A DNA stretch of 47,878 nt, the filler included, from an uncultured virus (IMG/VR IMGVR_UViG_2512564001_000010) (Duplodnaviria > Heunggongvirae > Uroviricota > Caudoviricetes). It is 6 parts of one record of this genome, joined end to end, with 100 filler letters (N's around TTAATTAATTAA, not from the genome) between each part and the next. Parts side by side here need not be neighbours in the genome. Positions count along the whole stretch, not along the records: positions 40,615 to 43,797 come from IMGVR_UViG_2512564001_000010; positions 43,898 to 46,846 come from IMGVR_UViG_2512564001_000010; positions 46,947 to 47,878 come from IMGVR_UViG_2512564001_000010; 3 more parts are not named here. One strand, written 5' to 3'. Both the position numbers and the translations under genes were made by a program. Shown here in pieces: positions 40,809-47,878 of the stretch. The notes beneath the pieces are model-generated. The model was not told the DNA's origin, did not search any database, and worked only from the letters and a program-made list of their open reading frames with translations. Numbering within the stretch: position 1 is the stretch's first letter; every line of letters starts with the position of its first letter.

Positions 40809-41363
40809 ATGAAAATCAAATTAAACAACGTACGTCTGGCTTTTCCTGAATTATTTGAACCTACACAAGTCAGTGGTCAAGGAGCGTTCAAATACCGAGC
40901 AAATTTCCTTATCGCCAAAAATCGTACTGACCTGATTGAGGAAATCAACACGGGGATTAAGGCGGTTATTAAGGAAAAATGGGGAGCCAAAGAGGTAGAA
41001 AAAATTTATAACAGCATCTGCCACTCCAACAACCGTTTTTGCTTCCGCGACGGGGACAATAAAGAATACGACGGCTATGCCGGAAACATGTACATCACCG
41101 CCAGTAACAAAGATCGACCGTTAGTCATTGACGTAAACCGCACACCACTCACCGCACAGGATGGTCGCCCCTATTCTGGCTGCTACGTTAACGCCACCAT
41201 TGAGTTTTACGCCTATGACAACAATGGTAAAGGCGTTTCAGCATCCTTAAGAGGCGTTCAGTTTTTCCGGGATGGTGATGCGTTTAGCGGTGGAAGCGTA
41301 GCTTCTGTTGACGAGTTTGACGACCTGAGCATGGCTGAGGAAGAAGAATTATTGGCAAGTTAA
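40809..41363 (+). CDS. ssDNA-binding protein (DUF2815-like)
   Basis: NVRLAFP, RDGD, YSGCYVNA, LRGVQFFRDGD, acidic tail. Confidence 0.9.
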   Translation: MKIKLNNVRLAFPELFEPTQVSGQGAFKYRANFLIAKNRTDLIEEINTGIKAVIKEKWGAKEVEKIYNSICHSNNRFCFRDGDNKEYDGYAGNMYITASNKDRPLVIDVNRTPLTAQDGRPYSGCYVNATIEFYAYDNNGKGVSASLRGVQFFRDGDAFSGGSVASVDEFDDLSMAEEEELLAS

Positions 41364-41439
41364 CACCGGGGAAACCACTGCCGCCTTAAGTGGTTAAATA
41401 ATAAGGCAACCGCATTAAATTCCTTGAGGAGGGTTAAAA

Positions 41440-41634
41440 ATGAAATTAAATAATATTGGTGAAACCATTGCGCTCACTAACCCCAGTAACAACAGCCATT
41501 ATTTACTTAACCTAGCGCAACCCGTTTACGCCGATGAGGAAACCAGAACATTAATCAATATGATCCAACTACTGGCAGAAGAAAACCAGTACTTGAGAAA
41601 AGAGAATAAACGATTGGCAAAAAGCCATCAGTAA
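41440..41634 (+). CDS. Small hypothetical protein
   Basis: Strong GAGGAGG RBS; coiled-coil C-terminus. Confidence 0.55.
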   Translation: MKLNNIGETIALTNPSNNSHYLLNLAQPVYADEETRTLINMIQLLAEENQYLRKENKRLAKSHQ

Positions 41635-41636
41635 AA

Positions 41637-41712
41637 TGGTGGGCTATGCAGGGTTCGAACCTGCGACCGATGGATTAAGAGTCCACTGCTCTACCAACTG
41701 AGCTAATAACCC
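41637..41712 (-). tRNA. tRNA-Lys(CTT)
   Basis: 76 nt GGGTTATTAGCTCAGTTGGTAGAGCAGTGGACTCTTAATCCATCGGTCGCAGGTTCGAACCCTGCATAGCCCACCA; full cloverleaf with encoded CCA. Confidence 0.95.
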
Positions 41713-41723
41713 ATGATAGTAAT

Positions 41724-42398
41724 TTATAACAATCCTTTTAACAAAAATGGTGGAAAGTAATTATCAAAACCTTCAGCGATACCATAATCTCTCAGTTGTT
41801 TTCGTGTGTAAATATCAATCTTTTTATATATCTGTTGTATTATTTGCTCTACAACACAAGAGTATGTACCTAACCGCAATGCTATTTCTTGATTGCTCAT
41901 AAGTTTCATAACAAAAAAAAACACATTAAGCTCTTCAGTCGTAAATAAATTATTCGGTGGGTGATTGGTTAAAAAAGAAGGTGTCGTGGGATTCTTAAAG
42001 AAAGCTTCTGATAGTAATCGAGGGGATATTTTTTTTGAATGGCTTAAGGTACCTATAATTTCATTCTGATGGAAGTAAGGAAATTTTTCAACAAAAAAAG
42101 AACGAAATGTCTGCTCTTTTCCTGAGATGTGTGTGACAATAGAATATATTGGCTTACCTAATTTCTGAATAATTTCGGCCTCTCTTTCAAGTATACCACT
42201 ATTTTCACTCCACGATGCAGGGCATTCAGAAGGGCGACGACCTTCGATATTAAAGTTCATGGGTAAACAGGAATTAAAAAACATAGCTTTGTTGGCGTAA
42301 ATATAACGAAATTCAATATCTTTTATATTCCAACAATCATGTTCCTGTTTTTCCATAAACGAAATCAAATGACTTGTTAGTACATCGCGAGTTTTCAT
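41724..42398 (-). CDS. PAS-domain / LuxR-type HTH regulator (moron)
   Basis: W.IKD..FRYIYAN (PAS) and FT.EE..V.FF...EIA.RL...IY.K (HTH); AT-rich, antisense to its neighbours. Confidence 0.85.
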   Translation of the reverse strand: MKTRDVLTSHLISFMEKQEHDCWNIKDIEFRYIYANKAMFFNSCLPMNFNIEGRRPSECPASWSENSGILEREAEIIQKLGKPIYSIVTHISGKEQTFRSFFVEKFPYFHQNEIIGTLSHSKKISPRLLSEAFFKNPTTPSFLTNHPPNNLFTTEELNVFFFVMKLMSNQEIALRLGTYSCVVEQIIQQIYKKIDIYTRKQLRDYGIAEGFDNYFPPFLLKGLL

Positions 42399-42510
42399 AA
42401 AGATCCCTATTATAATTTAATTTTTATAATTAAGTTTCGTTTTTTAATAAAAAAAACAAAAATAAAAACCGCTTTCTTATTAAAGCATCTCGTGTACTGA
42501 TAACTCCTGA

Positions 42511-42549
42511 TACGAAGGTAAACTGACCCACTTCCTAGAACGTCACTAA
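42511..42549 (+). pseudogene. 3' remnant of a BRO antirepressor gene
   Basis: Encodes YEGKLTHFLERH*, versus YEGELTHFLKRH* at 46316-46354; the downstream spacer is also conserved. Confidence 0.75.
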
Positions 42550-42613
42550 TTAAACCAAAGCCCCTTTTTATAGAGGCAATCTTTCATCAATTTAAGTATT
42601 GAGGAATTTTTAC

Positions 42614-43797
42614 ATGCAAAATTTACTATTTTGCGATTTAGAAACCTATAGCAATATTCCGATTAATTGTGGCACGCATCGCTATGCTGAAAATGCAGAA
42701 ATATTACTTTTTGCCTATGCTTATAATCATGAACCCGTAAAGGTTTGGGATGTGACGCAAGATAAAACGATGCCCGCAGATTTAAAAGCCTATCTTGATG
42801 ACCTTGCGATTTTAACTGTCTGGCACAATGGCGGTATGTTTGATACGGTGATTTTAAACAAAGTGTTAAATATTGACTTACCCTTATCCCGTGTTCACGA
42901 CACGCTTGTACAAGCACTGGCACATGGCTTACCCGGTGCGCTTGGTTCGCTTTGCGATATCTTCAACGTCAACAGCGATAAAACCAAAGATAAAGAAGGT
43001 AAAGCGCTCATACAGTTATTTTGCAAACCACGCCCTAAAAACAGCAAAATACAACGCGCCACGGCGTTAACACATTTCGAAGAATGGCTGCGTTTTAAAA
43101 CCTACGCAGGTTCAGATATTTTAGCAATGCGCGAGATTTATCAACATTTACCGCGTTGGAATATGAATGCTGATGAAACCGAACTATGGCAATTAGACCA
43201 AAAAATTAATCGCCGTGGAATGGGTATGGACGTTGAACTGGCGAAAAGCGCCTTGACTGCCGTTGAAAGCGAGCAGAAACGGTTATCAACCGTCACACAG
43301 CAATTAACAGGTAACGCTGTACAGGCTGCGACCCAACGCGATGCTCTGCTACAGCATATCACCGCGTCATTTGGCATCACGTTACCAGATATGCAGGCCA
43401 GTACGTTACAGCGCCGAATTAACGACCCTGATATTCCACCGACTTTACGCGAACTGCTGTCAATCCGTCTGCAATCGTGCACAACCAGCACCAGTAAATA
43501 TAAGGCGCTGTTAAAATCGGTAAGCGCAGATGGACGACTTCGAGGAACCAAGCAATTTTGTGGCGCCTCACGCACTGGACGATGGGCGGGGCGTATTTTT
43601 CAGCCGGATAATCTCCCAAGACCCATGCTTGACCAAAAGACGATTGATAACGGCATTGACGCATTAAAAGCCGGTTGCGCCGAGCTGATTTGTGATGACA
43701 TTATGCAACTGACCAGTTCTGCGCTTAGAGGATGTATTATTGCCCCACCGGGTAAAAAACTGGTTATTTCCGATTTGTCGAATATTGAGGGCCGCAT
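42614..43797 (+). CDS. Phage family A DNA polymerase (APSE P45-like), 3' part in gap
   Basis: Exonuclease DLETYS, WHNG.FD; RTGRWAG...QPDNL; motif [10 protein letters not shown]. Confidence 0.92.
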
Positions 43798-44011
43798 NNN
43801 NNNNNNNNNNNNNNNNNNNNNNNNNNNNNNNNNNNNNNNNNTTAATTAATTAANNNNNNNNNNNNNNNNNNNNNNNNNNNNNNNNNNNNNNNNNNNNTTG
43901 CGGGCTGAGAGCCTTAAAAACAATTTATCTTCTTGATTTTCCTTACTTTAAGCCCCTGCGGGTTACAGAACACTTTTCACATTATCAATTTCATTATTGA
44001 GGAATATCTTT

Positions 44012-44824
44012 ATGTCTAAAATTACCAAAACCGAATTAATGACTTTCAAAACCGATGATTTAGGTATTGAATTACAGGGAACTCTTTATCAAGGTAAACC
44101 TGTCTTCTTTGCGGTAGAACTGGCAAAGTCTCTTGGGTATGGAAACCCTCACGATGCCCTAGAACGACACTGTAAGTCATTGATTAGAATTGATTCTCGT
44201 GAAACGCGAGAATTGAATATGGGAGAGTATCACAAAGGGTTGATACTTGCACCCGAGTCCGATCTATACCGCTTGATACTGAAAAGTAAGCTTCCCTCTG
44301 CCGAACGTGTTCAGGATTGGGTCTGTGAAGAGGTGTTACCGGCATTACGTCAACACGGAAGCTATAGCATTAAAAGGCATCACAAAGACGAAGGCAGCGG
44401 ATTACCTGAATTTCGTAAAGCAAAGACGATAGAAATTCAGGCGAAAGCCATACAAATTCAAATGGAAAATGTGAAGCAGATATTTGAATGGGCAACAAAC
44501 CTTTCCGATAACGCTAGACAAACCATCATAGCCGGACTGATTAATCCTATTGCGGGTAGTGAAGTGATCCCCTTGCCGCTTATCACCGAAAAACATTATA
44601 CCGCAACAGAGATTGGTAAAATGCTTGGTGTTTCCGCAAATAAAATTGGGCGTATCGCTAACGACAATAAGATGAAAGTTAAAGCGTATGGCGATACCTA
44701 CCTCGATAAATCACCTTACAGTAACAAAGAGGTTGAATCTTTTCGCTACAACAACAAAGCAATTAAGAAATTCAAGGAAATTCTTGTCGCAGAACAAGAA
44801 TCCGCAAAAAGCGAGATCGTTTAA
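44012..44824 (+). CDS. BRO-N domain antirepressor-like protein
   Basis: LAKSLGY.NP.DAL..HCK...ESDLYRLILKSKLPSAERVQDWVCEEVLPALR. Confidence 0.88.
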   Translation: MSKITKTELMTFKTDDLGIELQGTLYQGKPVFFAVELAKSLGYGNPHDALERHCKSLIRIDSRETRELNMGEYHKGLILAPESDLYRLILKSKLPSAERVQDWVCEEVLPALRQHGSYSIKRHHKDEGSGLPEFRKAKTIEIQAKAIQIQMENVKQIFEWATNLSDNARQTIIAGLINPIAGSEVIPLPLITEKHYTATEIGKMLGVSANKIGRIANDNKMKVKAYGDTYLDKSPYSNKEVESFRYNNKAIKKFKEILVAEQESAKSEIV

Positions 44825-44867
44825 TGTATAAGTTTGAGAATAGTTGTTAACACACATATTGACATAA

Positions 44868-45209
44868 TTAGCTTCCAAATAGTTTTGGCATTATCTCTTT
44901 AAATAATAGACACAAAATACCAGCCAATAAGAACCATAATATCAAATTGCATTTTTGTTCCAACTTATAAAAACGGGTTTCCAAGAAGTCAAGTCTTTTA
45001 TCTATTTTAGCAATATCTTTACGGACTTCAGCGATTTCTGTTCTGATGTCAGATATATCATGCTTAAGTTCTCTAATATCAACTTTAGTCGCTATATCAG
45101 CAACCTCATGTGACTTACGGACTAAGAGTGAAATAGCCTTAACTTGCTGACTAGTCAGTCCGGTATCCTGAAGCTCTTCCGATGCTTGTAATGTATCAAA
45201 TTTTTCCAT
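44868..45209 (-). CDS. DUF1640-like coiled-coil membrane-anchored protein
   Basis: FDTL...GLT..Q..AI...ATK.DI, heptad repeats, C-terminal TM; GAGG RBS. Confidence 0.75.
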   Translation of the reverse strand: MEKFDTLQASEELQDTGLTSQQVKAISLLVRKSHEVADIATKVDIRELKHDISDIRTEIAEVRKDIAKIDKRLDFLETRFYKLEQKCNLILWFLLAGILCLLFKEIMPKLFGS

Positions 45210-45253
45210 AGGAAAATCCTCTTGTTCTGGTAAGTATAACCTAACAATACCCA

Positions 45254-45283
45254 TTGACGAAAGAAGAAATCATGCGCTATAGT
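45254..45283 (+). promoter_or_regulatory. Sigma70 promoter of c4-ant operon 2
   Basis: TTGACG-18 bp-TATAGT, identical to copy 1. Confidence 0.75.
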
Positions 45284-45307
45284 TTATTTGCATCTGCAAA
45301 ATCAGAT

Positions 45308-45370
45308 GTCGGGATTAGTACCCCGCCGTAAACTACCGCGACAGAATGACACGCCGTGAGCGTGTTTTTT
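45308..45370 (+). promoter_or_regulatory. c4 a1/b1 target leader with intrinsic terminator (copy 2)
   Basis: a1 TTAGTAC (45315-45321), b1 AAACTACCG (45330-45338), hairpin ACACGC/GCGTGT plus T-run. Confidence 0.7.
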
Positions 45371-45394
45371 AATGTCGTAATCTAGCCACAATTC

Positions 45395-45474
45395 AATGGT
45401 GGGCTGGATGGGGCAACCGTAAGGTTGGCCGGTCGGTGGTTTCCGGTAGTACTAACCCTGTTCAGTTCACCGCC
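45395..45474 (+). ncRNA. C4-type antisense RNA, copy 2
   Basis: Closing stem GGTGGGCTGGA/TTCAGTTCACC; CAACC-GTAA-GGTTG hairpin; loops CGGTGGTTT (45434-45442) and GTACTAA (45449-45455) complementary to flanking targets. Confidence 0.8.
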
Positions 45475-45535
45475 AATATAGAGATTAGTACCTCTTGGTG
45501 GTGAGTAAATTCAAACCACTATCGGAGGTCATATT

Positions 45536-46354
45536 ATGACTACCGCGCAAACTATCTCATTTTCTTTCCAAGAAGCACATGATGTACGGATAAAAATAAT
45601 AAATTCTGAGCCGTGGTTCTGTCTAAAAGACGTATGTGAAATTTTAGATATATCACGTTCATCTGACTTAGTGCAGATCTCAAAGGAATTCGTTAAAAAC
45701 GAACCCCTTAAAAATACACGAGGAACTCTTGACCCACAGGGGGTACGCAAAACAGACACCCTTACAAAAGGCGGAAACCAACTACTGGTTTATGTCAATG
45801 AACCTAACCTTTATCGTGTTATTTTCCGTAGCAATAAGCTGGAAGCAAAACAATTTCAGGATTGGGTGTTTAATGAAGTCCTTCCTTCAATCCGCAAAAC
45901 TGGCAGATATGATCACACCAAACCAAAATACCAACCCCAAACGAAAGCCGTAGAGCGTTTTACCCATTCTGATATGCGTAACCTGACGCATTTAGTTTGG
46001 TGTATTACTAATGGCTTCCGTTTTGAGCGTTCATGGAGTAATGCGGTCTGGCTGGCTTTGCGCGAAGTGACAGGCACGCCATCACCCGAGCGTTTTCAGG
46101 TAGAGCATATCCCCTTAATGGCTGACGAATGTCGCCGTATTTATTACATCACCGAGACATTGCGCCAAATTATCAATGACGCTGAAAAGCAGACGATCAA
46201 ACGACTTTTACGTAAACGTGAGAATATCGATACTGTGTTAGCAGAAATAAAACAGCTTTTTGAACAATTCCACCATCAACAAATCGGGATAATCACCGCT
46301 CGCACCGATCAGTGGTACGAAGGTGAGCTAACACACTTCCTAAAACGTCACTAA
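45536..46354 (+). CDS. BRO-N domain antirepressor-like protein
   Basis: PWFCLKDVC...NEPNLYRVIFRSNK..AKQFQDWVFNEVLPSIRKTGRY. Confidence 0.9.
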   Translation: MTTAQTISFSFQEAHDVRIKIINSEPWFCLKDVCEILDISRSSDLVQISKEFVKNEPLKNTRGTLDPQGVRKTDTLTKGGNQLLVYVNEPNLYRVIFRSNKLEAKQFQDWVFNEVLPSIRKTGRYDHTKPKYQPQTKAVERFTHSDMRNLTHLVWCITNGFRFERSWSNAVWLALREVTGTPSPERFQVEHIPLMADECRRIYYITETLRQIINDAEKQTIKRLLRKRENIDTVLAEIKQLFEQFHHQQIGIITARTDQWYEGELTHFLKRH

Positions 46355-46419
46355 TTAATCTTAACGCCCCTTTTTATAGGGGCAATCTTTCATCAATTTC
46401 ATTATTGAGGAATATCCTT

Positions 46420-46846
46420 ATGTCAAATTTAATCAACATCGAAACAAAAAACATTAACGGTGGATTAATCCAAACGGTTAATGCTCGTGATCTACATGCA
46501 TTCTTAGGGGTAAAAAACCATTTTAAAGATTGGATAAAAGATCGCATTGAAAAGTATGGATTCCTTGCGAATGAGGACTTCGTGACTTTCGCGGAAAAAA
46601 CCGCAAAAGGTAGGCCGTCTATAGAATACGCAATTTCCCTCGACATGGCGAAAGAGCTATCCATGGTTGAGCGTAATGAAAAAGGAAAACAGGCAAGGCA
46701 GTATTTTATTGAATGTGAACGACGTGTTTTACAACCTCAAACATTGCTACCAACAGCAAAAGAACTCGCTCTCATGGTTGTTCGTGCCGAGGAAGAGAAA
46801 GAACAGTTATTACTGGAAAACAAAAGCCTCTCAACAGAAAACGATT
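46420..46846 (+). CDS. AntA/AntB-family antirepressor (3' end in gap)
   Basis: VNARDLHAFL...F.DWIKDRIEKYGF...LDMAKELSMVERNEKGKQARQYFIECE. Confidence 0.9.
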
Positions 46847-47019
46847 NNNNNNNNNNNNNNNNNNNNNNNNNNNNNNNNNNNNNNNNNNNNTTAATTAATT
46901 AANNNNNNNNNNNNNNNNNNNNNNNNNNNNNNNNNNNNNNNNNNNNAAACTTACAAATATTTATATTTTAAAATCAAATATTTATCATTCTCATTCGTAT
47001 TAACAACGGAGAACTCACC

Positions 47020-47196
47020 ATGTGGATTTTAATTTTAGCCATGTACGCCAGCCCTTACGCCTCAAATGACTTTGCAAGTGTTCATACTCAGGAATTTGAC
47101 ACTGAAAATATGTGCCAATTCGCCGCTAAACAGTTTGAGCGTGAATTGGAAACTTTCAAGGATATCAACGCCAAAGCGATTTGCGTTAAGAAATAA
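47020..47196 (+). CDS. Small exported/membrane protein (58 aa, not in the ORF track)
   Basis: GGAG RBS; MWILILAMYASP...QEF...C..A...AICVKK with two Cys. Confidence 0.7.
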   Translation: MWILILAMYASPYASNDFASVHTQEFDTENMCQFAAKQFERELETFKDINAKAICVKK

Positions 47197-47218
47197 GCCA
47201 ATTTCAAAAGGTTCAACC

Positions 47219-47464
47219 ATGAAACTTAACATCATCAAACTATTAATCACGACATTATTGTTTATCAGTGCAGCATTTGCTTTCGAACTGATAGTTGGTC
47301 ACATTGCGCACGCCGATACCGTCATTGACCCGCAAATCAGGTTTAAGCGTGGCGAATTAGGCAATATCCATTTAGGTGGGCAAGAGCTACTAGTTATTGG
47401 CACTATGATAGTTCCTGATCTCATGGGGCATTTGGGGGTATTTCTCGACGCATTGAAGAAGTAG
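47219..47464 (+). CDS. Hypothetical protein with hydrophobic N-terminus
   Basis: MKLNIIKLLITTLLFISAAFAF...AHA; AAGG RBS. Confidence 0.45.
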   Translation: MKLNIIKLLITTLLFISAAFAFELIVGHIAHADTVIDPQIRFKRGELGNIHLGGQELLVIGTMIVPDLMGHLGVFLDALKK

Positions 47465-47637
47465 CATAAAGAGAATAAGCATTATCCCACCTGAATTTTC
47501 CTACTCTAATTAGCAATATCGAAAGGTAAGCATTTAGCTATTAAAAAAGACCAGCACAAGGCTGGCCAACACCAGGGAAAATCACGTTGTGAATAGCAAA
47601 CACACAACAAAGAAAATCGTAACAAAAAAATCAATTA

Positions 47638-47653
47638 CTGTATATAAAAACAG
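47638..47653. promoter_or_regulatory. LexA (SOS) box upstream of xis
   Basis: CTGTATATAAAAACAG (CTG-N10-CAG), preceded by TA. Confidence 0.8.
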
Positions 47654-47683
47654 GTGTAAAGATGTAATAAAGGAGAAAATCCT

Positions 47684-47878
47684 ATGAATGAATCCCCTTT
47701 TGTCAAAACCAGTGAACTGGCAAAAAGGTACGGAGTGTCAACTCACACTATCAGACTGTGGGCGGGTAACGGATACCAACGGCGGGAAGGTTTTCCACGC
47801 CCTCGGTTTAGATCTAATGAGCTTAACTTTGCCCGGCAGGATATTCTGGATTGGGAGATGGGTAAACGATTTGATTAA
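47684..47878 (+). CDS. Excisionase-like winged-helix protein
   Basis: ELAKRYGVSTHTIRLW...FPRP...DILDWE; AAGGAG RBS; at the end of the early arm. Confidence 0.8.
   Translation: MNESPFVKTSELAKRYGVSTHTIRLWAGNGYQRREGFPRPRFRSNELNFARQDILDWEMGKRFD

Larger units (their letters stand above)
22868..47878. mobile_element. Prophage: contractile-tail virion module + APSE-like control/replication arm
   Basis: Sheath/tube, DUF2184 capsid, terminases, lysis, Q, VapE, cro/cI, PolA, xis; continues beyond the window; internal gaps. Confidence 0.85.

Noticed and set aside
41637..41712. tRNA as an integration site
   Set aside because: No duplicated tRNA 3' end or adjacent integrase was seen; it lies among phage early genes.

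Overview
An AT-rich enterobacterial (Morganellaceae-like; most probably Arsenophonus, by inference) draft-genome window with 7 assembly gaps. It starts with host glyA and the first 19 codons of the divergent hmp gene, which stop where phage DNA begins. The rest is a mosaic of at least three phage-related modules. (1) 1.6-9.7 kb: a c4-antisense-RNA/antirepressor cassette plus a non-contractile (HK97-like) tail module. (2) 9.8-22.8 kb: a capsid-forming PICI-like satellite with a P4-like integrase, two alpA genes, an icd-like gene, a primase-helicase flanked by duplicated iteron regions, and HK97 capsid/protease/portal/adaptors/HNH. (3) 22.9-47.9 kb: a prophage joining a contractile-tail virion module (DUF2280 terS, terL, DUF1073 portal, DUF2184 capsid, DUF3383 sheath) and a pinholin/SAR lysis cassette to an APSE-like control/replication arm (Q, VapE primase-helicase, cro/cI, DUF2800, DUF2815, PolA, tRNA-Lys(CTT), PAS-LuxR moron, antirepressors, LexA-boxed xis). 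The most notable unannotated signals are three. First, a candidate -1 frameshift that gives the tail tube protein a 'TAD-repeat' tail and is coupled to a small gp9-like/collagen gene. Second, two c4 antisense cassettes sharing one promoter but with co-varied, probably orthogonal target codes. Third, the satellite's neighbourhood to a headless tail module. Linkage across the gaps is unverified, and all family assignments come from recognition of sequence motifs, not database searches.
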